Below, one piece after another: positions 33,094 to 44,105 of a stretch of 64,000 nt of DNA. A program made the position numbers and the translations under genes. The DNA is from Candidatus Uhrbacteria bacterium (GTDB lineage Bacteria; Patescibacteriota; Patescibacteriia; 2-12-FULL-60-25): NCBI GenBank assembly GCA_963835915.1, contig CAWIHE010000004.1, positions 696,248 to 760,247 on the forward strand, given 5' to 3'. The notes under the pieces were generated by a model. It was not told the DNA's origin, made no database searches, and saw nothing but the letters and a program-made list of their open reading frames with translations. Numbering within the stretch: position 1 is the stretch's first letter; every line of letters begins with the position of its first letter.

Positions 33094-35784
33094 TTATTTC
33101 GCGGTACTCACGACTCGTGACTCACGACTCACGACTGCCTTCTTTTTCGCGATCACAATCTTCCCTCCCTTCGCATCAAGCTCGACCTCGTCGCCTTCAA
33201 CAATGTCGCCGGAGACGATTTTGAGCGCGAGATCGTCAAGGATGAGCTCCTGGATGGCGCGTTTGAGCGGGCGGGCGCCGTATGCGGGATCGTATCCCTT
33301 TTCCGCCATGAACGACTTCAAGGCTCCGGTGAACGAGACCGTGATCCGTTTCTGGCAGAGGCGCTTCGCGACGTTTGCGAGCTGGAGGTCGACGATCGCG
33401 GCGAGGTCTTCCTTCGTAAGCGACTCAAAGACGACGACTTCGTCGATCCGGTTCAGGAATTCGGGGCGGAAGTGGTCCTTCAGCATCCCGAGGACCTTCC
33501 CGCGGAGCCCTTCGGTCTCGCTCTGCGATCCGACGCCGTGGAAGCCGATCTCGCCGCCCTTGGTCCCCCAATCGAGGATCGCGTCCGATCCGATGTTCGA
33601 CGTCATGATGACGATACAATTTTTGAACGATACCGCGCGGCCCTTCCCGTCTGTGAGCCGGCCGTCATCCATCACCTGGAGGAGCGTGTTGAAGACGTCC
33701 GGGTGCGCTTTTTCGATCTCATCAAGGAGGATCACGGAATACGGCCGGCGGCGGATCTTCTCCGTCAGCTGTCCGCCCTCGTCGTACCCTACGTAGCCCG
33801 GCGGCGAGCCGATCATCTTCGAGACGGCGTGGCGCTCCATGAATTCCGACATGTCGAGCCGGACGATCGCGTCCTCGTCGTTGAACATGATTTCGGCGAG
33901 CGCTTTCGCGAGCTCCGTCTTTCCGACGCCGGTCGGCCCGAGGAAGAGGAACGACCCGATCGGGCGTCGTTCGTCGGAGATGCCGGCACGCGAGCGGCGG
34001 AGCGCGTTTGAGACGGCTTTGACGGCCGAGTGCTGATCGACGAGACGCTTGTGGAGTTCGGCTTCAAGGTTCGCGAGCTTTTGCGATTCGCTTTCGAGCA
34101 TGCGTCCCGCCGGGATGCCCGTCCACCGCGAAACGACGAGCGCAATCTCCGGTTCGGTGACGGCGTCTTTGAGGAGTCCGCGCTTCCCCTGGAGCTTCTT
34201 CAGTTTCGCCTCTCCTGCCGCGGACCGTTTCTCGAGGTCGGGGAGCTTCCCGTATCTGATTTCCGAGGCGACTTCGAGATCGCCGCGGCGCTCCGCGACT
34301 TCCGCTTCGCTCTTCAGCCGTTCGATTTCCTTCTTCATGTCCGCGTTCGCGCGAACAACATCTTTTTCCGCGGACCACGTGATCTCGAGCGCGTTCGCCT
34401 GTTCCGAAATTTCCGCGAGGGTCCGTTCGATGTCCGCGAGCCGGCGCTTTGATTCGGAATCATCTTCCTTTGAGAGCGCGCGTTTCTCGATCTCGTACCG
34501 AAGGATCTCCCGTTTCAGCTTATCAAGGGCTTCGGGCTGTGATTCGACCTGCATCTTCAGCGCGGCCGCGGCCTCGTCGATGAGGTCGATCGCCTTGTCG
34601 GGGAGATAGCGGTCCGTGATGTACCGCGAGGAGAGTTCGACGGCCGCAACGAGCGCCGCATCCGTGATGCGCACGCCGTGGTGCGTCTCGTACCGCTCCT
34701 TGATCCCGCGGAGAATCGCGATCGCGTCTTCTTCCGTCGGCTCATTCACGTAGACGGGTTGGAATCGGCGCTCAAACGCCGCATCTTTCTCGATGTGTTT
34801 CTGGTATTCCTTAAGCGTCGTCGCGCCTATGGCGCGGAGTTCGCCGCGCGCGAGCGCGGGCTTCAGCATGTTCGACGCGTCGAGCGACCCGCCTTCGCCG
34901 GACGTTCCGGCGCCGACGAGCGTGTGGAGTTCGTCGATGAAGAGGACAAACTTCCCGTTCGACGCCTCGATCTCTTTCAGGACCGCTTTCAACCGCTCCT
35001 CAAATTCCCCGCGGAATTTCGTTCCGGCGACGAGCGAACCGACGTCGAGCGCGATGATCTCGCGGTCTCGGAGCGTTTCCGGCGCGTCGCCGTCCACGAT
35101 CCGCTGGGCCAGGCCTTCGACGATCGCCGTCTTCCCGGTCCCGGCTTCGCCGATGAGGACCGGATTGTTCTTCGTCCGTCGCGAGAGCACTTGCATGATA
35201 CGACGGATCTCGTCGTCGCGCCCGATGACCGGATCAAGCTTCCCGTTCCGTGCGAGATCCGTGAGGTTGCGTGCGTACTTCTTCAGTGATTCGTACGTCG
35301 CTTCGGGTTCCGGCGAGTCGACGGTCGCAGTTCCGCGGACGTCTTTGAGCGCACGGAAGATCGCGTCCGTCGTCACGCCGCACGCGTTCAGGATCGACCC
35401 GATCTCGTCGCGGCTGTCCGCGAGCGCGAGGAGGAGGTGTTCGGTCGAAATGTATTCGTCATGAAAATGGCTCGCCGCGCGCTCCGCGGAGACGAGCGCG
35501 CGCGTGAGCGGCTGTGAGAGGAAAATTTGCCCCGGGATGCCTTCGGCGACGAGGATCGTCGGCTGTCGCTTCAGCGCTTCCTCGACGCGCCCCTTCAACA
35601 CACGGACATCCGTCTGGAGTTTTTTCAGGATCGCGGGTACGACGCTCCCGTCCTGCTCAATGAGCGCAAGGAGGAGGTGCGCCGTATCAACGGCCTGCTG
35701 TCCGCCGCTCGCCGCGATACGGTGAGCCTGCTGGATTGCCTCTTGGGATTTTGTCGTGAACTGCTGCGGGTTGGGGGGGAGCAT
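33094..35784 (-). CDS. clpB: ATP-dependent chaperone ClpB
   Basis: Clp N domain, two AAA+ modules ([15 protein letters not shown]; [19 protein letters not shown]), middle coiled-coil domain. The C-terminal tail [13 protein letters not shown] is encoded by a family D arm. Confidence 0.97.
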   Translation of the reverse strand: MLPPNPQQFTTKSQEAIQQAHRIAASGGQQAVDTAHLLLALIEQDGSVVPAILKKLQTDVRVLKGRVEEALKRQPTILVAEGIPGQIFLSQPLTRALVSAERAASHFHDEYISTEHLLLALADSRDEIGSILNACGVTTDAIFRALKDVRGTATVDSPEPEATYESLKKYARNLTDLARNGKLDPVIGRDDEIRRIMQVLSRRTKNNPVLIGEAGTGKTAIVEGLAQRIVDGDAPETLRDREIIALDVGSLVAGTKFRGEFEERLKAVLKEIEASNGKFVLFIDELHTLVGAGTSGEGGSLDASNMLKPALARGELRAIGATTLKEYQKHIEKDAAFERRFQPVYVNEPTEEDAIAILRGIKERYETHHGVRITDAALVAAVELSSRYITDRYLPDKAIDLIDEAAAALKMQVESQPEALDKLKREILRYEIEKRALSKEDDSESKRRLADIERTLAEISEQANALEITWSAEKDVVRANADMKKEIERLKSEAEVAERRGDLEVASEIRYGKLPDLEKRSAAGEAKLKKLQGKRGLLKDAVTEPEIALVVSRWTGIPAGRMLESESQKLANLEAELHKRLVDQHSAVKAVSNALRRSRAGISDERRPIGSFLFLGPTGVGKTELAKALAEIMFNDEDAIVRLDMSEFMERHAVSKMIGSPPGYVGYDEGGQLTEKIRRRPYSVILLDEIEKAHPDVFNTLLQVMDDGRLTDGKGRAVSFKNCIVIMTSNIGSDAILDWGTKGGEIGFHGVGSQSETEGLRGKVLGMLKDHFRPEFLNRIDEVVVFESLTKEDLAAIVDLQLANVAKRLCQKRITVSFTGALKSFMAEKGYDPAYGARPLKRAIQELILDDLALKIVSGDIVEGDEVELDAKGGKIVIAKKKAVVSRESRVVSTAK

Positions 35785-35819
35785 ATTCGTTGCGTCGGGC
35801 GTCGGGCGTCGTTGCGTCG
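35785..35819 (-). repeat. 35-nt repeat (family I), copy 1, ending immediately upstream of the clpB ATG
   Basis: Minus strand reads cgacgcaacgacgcccgacgcccgacgcaacgaatATG; the 35 nt are identical to 38842-38876. Confidence 0.9.
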
Positions 35820-35945
35820 ACCTTCACGAATCGGGTGGGTATGATGGAGACGCTGGCACTCTGTCTGCCTGACTGCTAACTCCATTTTTACATGCATCAT
35901 TCGTTTCGTCAAGACCGTTTGCTATCATGGTCCAGGGCGCATACG

Positions 35946-36638
35946 ATGCGCCCCTACGATATGCCTGGACGTCTGTCGCTGGTATCAACACCGATTGGAA
36001 ACCTTGAAGATATCACGCTTCGGGCGATCAAGACGTTCCGCGAGGCGGATGTCATCGCCTGCGAAGACACGCGAGTGACCGGGAAGCTCCTCTCGGCCCA
36101 TGGCATTAAGGGGAAGCGCTTCGTCGCCATCCACCATCACTCGGAAGATCGCGCGCTAAGAGACCTCGTCCGCGAGGTCGAAGCGGGCCGGAAGGTCGCG
36201 TATGCGAGTGATGCCGGAACGCCCGGCGTGAACGATCCCGGCGGAAAACTCGTTGAGATCGCTTACGATCACGGCATCAGCGTCGAAGTCATCCCCGGCC
36301 CGTCCGCGCTGACCGCCGCGATCGCGTCGTGCGGATTCCCGATGGAGCACTTTACGTATATCGGATTCATCCCGCACAAGAAGCATCGCGCGTCGACAAT
36401 CCGCTCGATCGCAGAACGAAAGGAGTCGACGGTTTTTTTCGAATCGACACACCGCATCCAGAAGACGCTCGACGAGCTTGCCGCCGTGCTTGACGAGGAT
36501 CGCCTCATCTATCTCGGCCGCGAGCTGACGAAGATGTTTGAAACGCATCTTCGCGGGACGATCTCTGGTGTGATTGACAGACTTAAAACGGGATCGACGA
36601 AAGGGGAATTCACGGTCATCGTCGGCCCGAAGAGTTGA
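35946..36638 (+). CDS. rsmI: 16S rRNA (cytidine1402-2'-O)-methyltransferase RsmI
   Basis: LSLVSTPIGNLEDITLRAIKTFREADVIACEDTR, SDAGTPGVNDPG. The start is uncertain (35946 or 35961). Confidence 0.85.
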   Translation: MRPYDMPGRLSLVSTPIGNLEDITLRAIKTFREADVIACEDTRVTGKLLSAHGIKGKRFVAIHHHSEDRALRDLVREVEAGRKVAYASDAGTPGVNDPGGKLVEIAYDHGISVEVIPGPSALTAAIASCGFPMEHFTYIGFIPHKKHRASTIRSIAERKESTVFFESTHRIQKTLDELAAVLDEDRLIYLGRELTKMFETHLRGTISGVIDRLKTGSTKGEFTVIVGPKS

Positions 36639-36675
36639 TGAAATGCCCGAAGTGCTGTTAAATGGTCAGACGAGT

Positions 36676-38301
36676 ATGAAGTTTTACCTGACAACACCGA
36701 TTTACTACGTAAACGACAAACCGCACATCGGAAGCGCGTATACGACAATCGTATGCGATGCACTTGCGCGTGCGCACCGGCTGCGCGGGGATGACGTGAT
36801 GTTTGTGACGGGAACGGACGAGAACAGCCAAAAGAACGTCGAGGCGATGGAGTGGATCGGCGGAAAGGACCTCACGGCGTATCTCAATCGAATGTCATCA
36901 TTATGGCAATCAACGTGGAGAGAACTCGGTATCACGAACGACGATTTCATCAGGACCACGGAGGAGCGCCACCTGAAAGCCGTTGAACGCTTCTGGAACG
37001 CTTCAATGAAGGCCGGTGACATCTACCTCGGAACGTATGACGGGCTCTACTGTGAAGGGTGCGAGGAGTTCAAAACGGAATCGGACCTCGTCAACGGATG
37101 CTGCCCCCTCCACCCAAATCGCGAACTGAAGAAGGTTTCCGAAAAGAACTACTTCTTCAAACTCTCTTCGTATCGCGATCAACTGATCGCCCTCTACGAC
37201 GCGCATCCCGAGATCACCCAACCCGCTTCGCGTCTGAACGAGGTTCGCGCGTACGTGAAAGACCATCTCGCCGACATTTCGGTCTCTCGAGACGTCTCGT
37301 CGCTCTCCTGCGGGATCCCCGTGCCAGGCGACGATTCCCAGCGGATCTACGTGTGGTTCGACGCATTGATCAACTACATCAGCGCAATCGGTTTCGGCAC
37401 GGACGACAAGAAGATGAAGAAATGGTGGCCGGCGGATCTCCACCTCATCGGCAAGGACATCCTTAAATTTCACTGTGCACTCTGGCCTGCGATGCTCCTC
37501 TCTGCGGCGAAAGCGGACCCGCTTCTCAAGAAGAAGCTTGCGGTCGACGATCTCCTCCCAAAGAACATTTTCGTCCACGGCTTCTTCACGATCAACGGGC
37601 AGAAGATCTCCAAGTCGCTCGGGAATACGATTGATCCGCACGATTTGACCTCGAAATACGGGAATGACGCCGTTCGATACTTCCTCTTGAGAGAAATTTC
37701 GTTCGGCGAAGATGGAGACTTCTCCGTCGCGCGTCTCGAAGATCGATACGCGTCAGACCTCGCGAACACCCTCGGCAATCTCGTCCAGCGTGCAGTCGCG
37801 ATGAGTAGAAAGTACTTTGACGGCAAAGTACCGGATGCTGATCCGGCGTCGGCGGCGAAGACGGCGACCGATGGAGTCTGGAGCGGCGCAAAAGGTATCG
37901 AGGAGATCGAACGCGCATACGATGCGAAAATCGATCACTTTCGTCTCGATGAGGCATTGACCCTCATCTGGGGCGCGGGCGAATCTAAGGGATCGGGTCT
38001 CATGCAAGCGAACAAGCACATCGAAGAGACGAAGCCGTTCCAGCTCATCAAAAATGATTCGAAAAAGACCGGCGAAGTCCTCTATTCAATCCTCGAGGCA
38101 CTCCGCCATTACGCGTGGATGCTCGATCCCATGATGCCCGAGACATCAACGAAGATCCTCTCCGCGCTCGGACAAAACCATAACCAGGAGATCAAGAAGG
38201 GTATTATGGAGCTGCGGAAGTGGGGCGGACTCGAGCCAAGATCAACACTACCTACACCTTATCCAATTTTTCCTCAGCTCGAGTCCGAAGCTGTCGAGTA
38301 G
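36676..38301 (+). CDS. metG: Methionine--tRNA ligase
   Basis: MKFYLTTPIYYVNDKPHIGSAYT (HIGH-type), YVWFDALINY, KISKSLGN (KMSKS-type). Confidence 0.95.
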   Translation: MKFYLTTPIYYVNDKPHIGSAYTTIVCDALARAHRLRGDDVMFVTGTDENSQKNVEAMEWIGGKDLTAYLNRMSSLWQSTWRELGITNDDFIRTTEERHLKAVERFWNASMKAGDIYLGTYDGLYCEGCEEFKTESDLVNGCCPLHPNRELKKVSEKNYFFKLSSYRDQLIALYDAHPEITQPASRLNEVRAYVKDHLADISVSRDVSSLSCGIPVPGDDSQRIYVWFDALINYISAIGFGTDDKKMKKWWPADLHLIGKDILKFHCALWPAMLLSAAKADPLLKKKLAVDDLLPKNIFVHGFFTINGQKISKSLGNTIDPHDLTSKYGNDAVRYFLLREISFGEDGDFSVARLEDRYASDLANTLGNLVQRAVAMSRKYFDGKVPDADPASAAKTATDGVWSGAKGIEEIERAYDAKIDHFRLDEALTLIWGAGESKGSGLMQANKHIEETKPFQLIKNDSKKTGEVLYSILEALRHYAWMLDPMMPETSTKILSALGQNHNQEIKKGIMELRKWGGLEPRSTLPTPYPIFPQLESEAVE

Positions 38302-38304
38302 CCA

Positions 38305-38339
38305 CTCATCGACTAATCGACTATTCGACTAATCGACTG
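38305..38339. repeat. Family G heptamer repeat (TCGACTA-type), single arm
   Basis: ctcatcgactaatcgactattcgactaatcgactg. Confidence 0.75.
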
Positions 38340-38340
38340 C

Positions 38341-38346
38341 TATACT
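38341..38346 (+). promoter_or_regulatory. Candidate -10 box TATACT, 7 nt upstream of ATG 38354 (leaderless-type)
   Basis: gcTATACTgtcctttATG. Confidence 0.4.
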
Positions 38347-38353
38347 GTCCTTT

Positions 38354-38824
38354 ATGCTTCTCGTTGATATCGTCATCGTCATCGCGCTCCTCGGATTCAT
38401 CGGAAACGGGTGGCGCGGCGGAGCCATTGAAACGCTCGGGCGTTTGCTCGGTGCAGTTGTCGGTTACCTCATCGCAAAATCGTATACCGGCTGGCTCGTC
38501 GGGTTCATCGGGCTCTTCGTCCCGACGACGTGGGCGTACCTCGTGTCGTTCATTCTCGTCTTCCTCGTGGTGGACCACCTCGTCGGCTTCCTGTTCCACC
38601 TCGTCGACGACATCCTGAAAGTCGTCACGTGGCTTCCGATCATCAAACAGCTGAACGGCCTCATCGGCGCGTTCTTCGGTTTCATCGAAGGGATCATCGT
38701 CATCGGCGGCATCTCGTGGCTCCTTACGCACACGCACGCCATCAACGCGTCATTCCTCACGGCGTCGACGGTCATGCGCTACGTCAACGCAATCTTCACG
38801 ACCGTCTTCGCAAAACTTCTCTAA
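38354..38824 (+). CDS. cvpA: CvpA-family membrane protein
   Basis: MLLVDIVIVIALLGFIGNGWRGGAIETLGRLLGAVVGYLIA; four predicted TM helices. Confidence 0.7.
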   Translation: MLLVDIVIVIALLGFIGNGWRGGAIETLGRLLGAVVGYLIAKSYTGWLVGFIGLFVPTTWAYLVSFILVFLVVDHLVGFLFHLVDDILKVVTWLPIIKQLNGLIGAFFGFIEGIIVIGGISWLLTHTHAINASFLTASTVMRYVNAIFTTVFAKLL

Positions 38825-38841
38825 TCGATTCACAGTCCGGC

Positions 38842-38876
38842 CGACGCAACGACGCCCGACGCCCGACGCAACGAAT
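38842..38876 (+). repeat. 35-nt repeat (family I), copy 2, overlapping the tatD ATG
   Basis: cgacgcaacgacgcccgacgcccgacgcaacgaATg. Confidence 0.9.
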
Positions 38877-39726
38877 GCATCCCCGTCTCATCGATACCCA
38901 TTGCCATCTCCATCTCCCGGCGTATGACGCGGACCGCGACGCCGTGATTTTGAATATGCGCGGAAAGGGGATGCTCGCGATCACGGTCGGCACGAACGGC
39001 GTCTCGTCGAAGGACGCGATCACACTCGCGGAGAAAGAGCCGGACATCTTCGCGACGGCAGGATTCCATCCAAGCCACCTCGTCGGCGTTCACGATGAAT
39101 ACGAGAAACGGGATACGGAACCCTATTCGATCGATCGACTTCGATCAATCGCGACGTCATCCCCCCGGGTCGTTGCAATCGGGGAAGCGGGGATTGATGA
39201 GTCGTATCTCAAGGATGACGATCCGCATCGCGTCGAACATGAGAAGGAGCAGCGGATTGTCTTCCGCGAACACATCCGTCTCGCCTCCGAGCTCGGTCTC
39301 CCGCTCGTCATCCACACGCGCGGCGCGTTCAAGGAGATTGCAGAGATCATCTCGGACGAATCCGCAAACGGACATCCCTGCCGCGGCGTCGTCCACTGCT
39401 TCACCGGAAGCTGGGAAGACGCGTCGATGCTCCTCGATCTCGGCCTGATGATCTCATTCACCGGGATTATCACGTTCAAGCCGCGAAAGTCAGACGACCC
39501 CGCAGAGAGCGTCCTCCGCGTCGTTGAGAAGATCCCCATGGACCGGATGATGCTTGAGACGGACGCCCCGTGGCTCGCCCCCGAACCGCACCGCGGTGAT
39601 CGAAATGAACCCGCGTACGTTGAGGATATCGCACGGGCCGTCGCGCGGATCCGCGGGGAGGATCTCGACGTGATCGCGCGCCAGACGACGGAGAATGCCG
39701 TCAATTTTTTCAAGCTCCCCCTTTGA
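38875..39726 (+). CDS. tatD: TatD-family metal-dependent hydrolase (DNase)
   Basis: LIDTHCHLHL, IGEAGID, VIHTR, GVVHCFTG, ETDAPWL. Confidence 0.9.
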   Translation: MHPRLIDTHCHLHLPAYDADRDAVILNMRGKGMLAITVGTNGVSSKDAITLAEKEPDIFATAGFHPSHLVGVHDEYEKRDTEPYSIDRLRSIATSSPRVVAIGEAGIDESYLKDDDPHRVEHEKEQRIVFREHIRLASELGLPLVIHTRGAFKEIAEIISDESANGHPCRGVVHCFTGSWEDASMLLDLGLMISFTGIITFKPRKSDDPAESVLRVVEKIPMDRMMLETDAPWLAPEPHRGDRNEPAYVEDIARAVARIRGEDLDVIARQTTENAVNFFKLPL

Positions 39727-39782
39727 CACGTCAACGGAATCGTGTAAGCTCACCGCACACATTCAAAACAGGAGAATTGAAC

Positions 39783-40586
39783 GTGAGCAACGTAAGTATT
39801 CCGATCGCCATCTTCGATGTTGATGGATCTTTTCGCCGATGGCAGCTATTCGTCGATTGGATCGACGGCATGGTGGAAAGCGGCGTGTTTCAGAAGATCG
39901 TCTTTGAACGGACGCGTCCGGCATTCGAAGCGTACCGCCGCAGGCAGGGATCGTTTGCGGCCTACATCAAAGAGTCCATTCAGGCGTATAGCGGTGAATA
40001 CCGCCTACGCGGGATACGCGTTTCCGATGCGGCGTTTGTCGCGGAGCAGGTCGTGCGCGCGCACGGAATGGAGACGCACGTGTTCGCCCGCGAGCTCTCC
40101 CTTTCGGCCCACGAAAGCGGATTCCATCGATCCTTCATCAGCGGCTCGCCGAAGGTGGTGCTGGATCCGTTTGCGCGCTTACATGGGTTCGATCCGGATT
40201 TCTGTTTTGGGACGGAGCATCCGCATCGGAACGGCCTCTTCACGGGCTCGCCTCCGAAAACTTGGTACGACCGCAAATCAATAGCCGTAGATGTTCTCTG
40301 TCAGAAACTCAATCTCAACCTCGATCATTCGGTCGCAATCGGCGATTCGGAATCGGATGCGCCGATGCTCGACCGCGTTGGGTACCCGATTTGCATCAAT
40401 CCCAACTCGGCGCTCGCGGATATCGCGCGCGAACGGGGATGGCCCATCGTCACGGAGAAGAAGGACGTTATCTCCCTATATCGCCTGAACCGACTTCGCG
40501 GCCTGCGTGGAGCGACGCTCAAATCAGTTCTTCCGCCCGGACTTTACCAATCAATGAGACAACGCATCGGCCAGTTCGTTCTCTAG
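39783..40586 (+). CDS. HAD-IB (SerB-like) family hydrolase
   Basis: SD cAGGAGAattgaacGTG. Motif I IAIFDVDGS; motif IV AIGDSESDAPML. Confidence 0.6.
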   Translation: MSNVSIPIAIFDVDGSFRRWQLFVDWIDGMVESGVFQKIVFERTRPAFEAYRRRQGSFAAYIKESIQAYSGEYRLRGIRVSDAAFVAEQVVRAHGMETHVFARELSLSAHESGFHRSFISGSPKVVLDPFARLHGFDPDFCFGTEHPHRNGLFTGSPPKTWYDRKSIAVDVLCQKLNLNLDHSVAIGDSESDAPMLDRVGYPICINPNSALADIARERGWPIVTEKKDVISLYRLNRLRGLRGATLKSVLPPGLYQSMRQRIGQFVL

Positions 40587-40606
40587 CCGTCGAAATAGAT
40601 CCTTCA

Positions 40607-40638
40607 GACCTCCTCGCGTGCGGGGAGGTCGTCTTTTT
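40607..40638 (+). terminator. Rho-independent terminator
   Basis: gacctcc-tcgcgtgcgg-ggaggtc followed by gtcttttt. Confidence 0.75.
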
Positions 40639-40721
40639 GACGGCTTGAAAATAACCTCGGTTACTGCTAGTGTCTCTTTAGCTCCTTACCCGAACCTTTC
40701 ACAACCATACCTGAGGGTGTC

Positions 40722-41195
40722 ATGCCCAAATTGCTTATCTTTATGAAGTACGGTGAGTTTGCCGATGGGGAATATGCCCCAGGCGCCGAGCGACAAATAC
40801 GCAGAGTCGCGAAGCACCTGGAGAGCATCATCGGCGAACGTTCGACGAAACTTATCTCGTCCACTGACGAGCCATGTGTGAAGACGGCGGAAACGGTCAA
40901 TGCGCATCTCCGAAAGGAGTCCTTCGCATCCAAGCAGCTCAGTCTCACAAGCGCTCCGTACGGGAGCGCAATCGAACGCTTCTTTTTCGGCGAACGCGTC
41001 AACACGTACGACGTCTACATCCTTGTCGTCCACGAGGCAATCCTCCGGGAAGCGATCAAGGTTGCGATCAGAACCGACGATCCGCGGTTGCGGTATCAGC
41101 TCCAAAAAACGCCGATTACCGACATACCCTATGGGAGCTTTCTGGTCTTCGACTGCAGTGAAAATCCGCGTACGGTGAAACTCTTGAAGAATTAG
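40722..41195 (+). CDS. Hypothetical protein (faint resemblance to the histidine-phosphatase fold; RHG replaced by KYG)
   Basis: MPKLLIFMKYGEF.... AT-richer region. The long antisense ORF 40686-41795 is judged spurious. Confidence 0.5.
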   Translation: MPKLLIFMKYGEFADGEYAPGAERQIRRVAKHLESIIGERSTKLISSTDEPCVKTAETVNAHLRKESFASKQLSLTSAPYGSAIERFFFGERVNTYDVYILVVHEAILREAIKVAIRTDDPRLRYQLQKTPITDIPYGSFLVFDCSENPRTVKLLKN

Positions 41196-41276
41196 AGGGG
41201 AACATGACACGCCACAGGTCTGAAGGTTACTCGACGTAAGGTCGTCCGCGCTTGGACGGCCTTTGTCATTTTGGTC

Positions 41277-41344
41277 GGGGAAGCTGGAATCTGGAAGCTG
41301 ATGGCTCCGTTGGATACAGCTTCCAGCTTCCAGATTCCAGCTTC
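41277..41344. repeat. Family A hairpin, copy 5 (upstream of the atp operon)
   Basis: ggggaagctggaatctggaagctg ... cagcttccagcttccagattccagcttc. Confidence 0.9.
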
Positions 41345-41429
41345 TCACATTCAGTCGCAACGATCCCCAGCCCGCTCCAAGACGGACTTGCCAATTTCGC
41401 CGCTTTCCTTTAGAATCAGCGCGTCCTTT

Positions 41430-41723
41430 ATGAAGGAAGAACGCCGTCCGTCCCGCGACCCGTCCATCTGGGAAGCCATGGGGATCGCATGGGATCTCAT
41501 CATCACCATCTTCGTGACGGCGGCCGTGTTCGCTCTCCTTGGCGTGTACGCGGACCGATGGCTCGGAACGGGCATGCTGTTCAAAGTCATCGCGTTTATC
41601 CTCATGATCGTCGTCGGATACCGCATCATCCTCACGAAAGGGCGTGCGGTCGCAAAACGGCTTGACGGACCGTCCCGGCCGGAAAAGGACGAACCCCCGC
41701 ATGAACATCCCCCTCAACGCTGA
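41430..41723 (+). CDS. AtpZ/AtpI-like small membrane protein preceding F-ATPase genes
   Basis: MKEERRPSRDPSIWEAMGIAWDLIITIFVTAAVFALLGVYADRWLGTGMLFKVIAFILMIVVGY (two TM helices); operon position. Confidence 0.5.
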   Translation: MKEERRPSRDPSIWEAMGIAWDLIITIFVTAAVFALLGVYADRWLGTGMLFKVIAFILMIVVGYRIILTKGRAVAKRLDGPSRPEKDEPPHEHPPQR

Positions 41724-42543
41724 AGTAATCGCGCACATCGGCTCGTTCCCGATCACGAATGCGTACGTGAATTCGAGCATCATCACGCTCGTCATCGTCG
41801 CGTTTGGATTTGTTTTCAGGAAACGCGTCGCCGAGATTCCGGGGCGTCTTCAGACAACCATTGAAGCGTTGCTCGAAATCCTCTTCGGATTTTTTGATCA
41901 GGTCACGAACGATCGTGAGAAATCGCGAAAATTCTTTCCGCTCGTCGGCGGGCTATTCTTTTTCATCCTCGCATCGAATTGGCTCGGCCTTCTTCCGGGG
42001 ACCGGTTCGATCGGCTTCCACGAAACCGTCCACGGGGCCGTCGAGCTCGTTCCGATCCTCCGTCCGGCGAACAGCGACCTGAACCTCACGCTCGCGATGG
42101 CGCTCGTATCGGTCATCACCTCGCACGTCCTCGGCATCATCACGCTCGGCTTCTTCACGCACGCGAACAAGTTCATCCAGCTGGGAACGCTCTGGAAGGC
42201 CGTGAAGACGCTGAACCCGGTCAACATCTTCACGGCCCTCATCGAGTGCGTCGTCGGCGCCATTGAGATCCTCTCCGAAATCGCAAAAGTCCTGTCACTG
42301 TCGCTCCGGTTGTTCGGGAATATCTTTGCCGGCGAGGTCCTCATGACCGTCATCTCTTCGCTCATCGCGTTCATCGCGCCGATCCCGTTCATGGCGCTCG
42401 AGCTGTTCGTCGGGGTCATCCAGGCGGGCGTCTTCTCGTTGCTCACGCTCGTGTATCTGACGATGCAGACGTCGGCGCCCCACGGAGATGACGATCACGA
42501 AGAAGCCGCACATCAGCACGCACACGCACGCGCCACGGCGTAG
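41701..42543 (+). CDS. atpB: F0F1 ATP synthase subunit a
   Basis: LSLSLRLFGNIFAGEVL with the conserved Arg; multiple TM helices; operon context. Confidence 0.92.
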   Translation: MNIPLNAEVIAHIGSFPITNAYVNSSIITLVIVAFGFVFRKRVAEIPGRLQTTIEALLEILFGFFDQVTNDREKSRKFFPLVGGLFFFILASNWLGLLPGTGSIGFHETVHGAVELVPILRPANSDLNLTLAMALVSVITSHVLGIITLGFFTHANKFIQLGTLWKAVKTLNPVNIFTALIECVVGAIEILSEIAKVLSLSLRLFGNIFAGEVLMTVISSLIAFIAPIPFMALELFVGVIQAGVFSLLTLVYLTMQTSAPHGDDDHEEAAHQHAHARATA

Positions 42544-42885
<342 letters not shown>

Positions 42886-42943
42886 ATGTGACCGTTGATG
42901 CCTGTTGAGCGGGTGCTCGACGGGCAGAGTGCGGTCGTATCGA

Positions 42944-42973
42944 AGTAGTTAGTAGTTAGTAGTAGTTAGTAGT
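42944..42973. repeat. TAGTAGT/TAGTTAG tandem repeat (family E-like, single arm) between atpE and atpF
   Basis: agtagttagtagttagtagtagttagtagt. Confidence 0.75.
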
Positions 42974-43012
42974 CGGAATCCTCTTACTTAGACGGTTATC
43001 TTAATTACAGCT

Positions 43013-43579
43013 ATGTTCATCGAAGCCGCACGCGCCGCAACAGAAGCGACAGCCGCAGAAGCAGCGGGACCGTCCAGCCCGCTCGCTACGTTTGGGGTGA
43101 ACTGGATGCTGTTTGTGGCACAGCTCGTTAACTTTTCGATCGTCATCTTCGTCCTTGCGAAGTGGGTCTTCAAACCGCTCATGAAGGCGATGGATGAGAG
43201 AAGCGCGAAGATCGAGACGGGCATCAAAGAAGCGGCGGAGGCGAAGGATCAGCTCGCGTCCGCGGAAGCGAAGCGTGATGCCGTCGTCCGTGAAGCGCAT
43301 CTCGTCGCGCGCGACATCGTGGACAAGTCGAAGACGAAGGCGGACGAAGAGCACGAAAAGCGCGTCCAGGCGTCGAAACAGATCGTTGAGGAGCACCTCC
43401 GCGAGGCGAAAGTGCGCGCCGAACGGGAAGCGGATGAGGCGAAACGCGCGGCGATGAAGAGCGTTTCGGACATCGTGATCGCGGCGGCGGAAAAAGTGAC
43501 GCACGGGACGATCGACGCGGAAGCCCATCGGACGCTGATCGACGAAGCGATCGCGGAACTCAAAACATCGTCCTCATGA
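43013..43579 (+). CDS. atpF: F0F1 ATP synthase subunit b
   Basis: N-terminal TM helix (LFVAQLVNFSIVIFVLAKWV), then a long charged helix; operon position. Confidence 0.85.
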   Translation: MFIEAARAATEATAAEAAGPSSPLATFGVNWMLFVAQLVNFSIVIFVLAKWVFKPLMKAMDERSAKIETGIKEAAEAKDQLASAEAKRDAVVREAHLVARDIVDKSKTKADEEHEKRVQASKQIVEEHLREAKVRAEREADEAKRAAMKSVSDIVIAAAEKVTHGTIDAEAHRTLIDEAIAELKTSSS

Positions 43580-44097
43580 TCCGCATTCCACTCACCACGT
43601 ACGCCGAGGCGTACGTCAGCGCGATGCCGAAAGGGAAAGACCCCGTCGGCGAGCTTCAGCGCGTCCATGCCGCCTTCGCGTCGACCCCTGATCTCGCGTC
43701 CTTCGTCGCGTCCGCATCAATTGCCGATGAAGATCGGCGCCGTGCGATGACCGTCGCCGCGCACGATATCTCCGAAGAGACGCAGCAGTTCATCCTCCTC
43801 CTCGCCGGCAATCGTCTCTTGAAGCGCCTCGATCGGATCATCGCGCTCGTCCGCGACGCGTCCGCGCGCGCGAAGGGAGAGACGTCCGCTTCCGTAACAT
43901 CCGCGGTCCCGCTCATCGATAAGGAACGGAAGGAGATTACGAAGATCCTCGAGCAGAAAGTCGGGACGCACATCGCACTCGCTGAACGCATCAACCCTTC
44001 GATCGGAGGCGGACTCATCGTCCAACTCGGAGACTGGGAATTCGATGCAACAGTTAAGGGTCGTTTGCGACGATTGCAGCAAACACTCATGGTATGA
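43576..44097 (+). CDS. atpH: F0F1 ATP synthase subunit delta
   Basis: Operon position, overlapping ATGA with atpF, C-terminal [22 protein letters not shown]. Confidence 0.85.
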   Translation: MIRIPLTTYAEAYVSAMPKGKDPVGELQRVHAAFASTPDLASFVASASIADEDRRRAMTVAAHDISEETQQFILLLAGNRLLKRLDRIIALVRDASARAKGETSASVTSAVPLIDKERKEITKILEQKVGTHIALAERINPSIGGGLIVQLGDWEFDATVKGRLRRLQQTLMV

Positions 44098-44105
44098 GAT
44101 TTCGA

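Noticed and set aside
40686-41795. 369-aa minus-strand ORF spanning the 40722 gene, a family A hairpin and the start of the atp operon
   Set aside because: It lies antisense to recognisable genes (AtpZ-like, atpB) and runs straight through an intergenic hairpin. Its Arg/Asp/Gly-rich composition is typical of shadow ORFs in GC-rich DNA.
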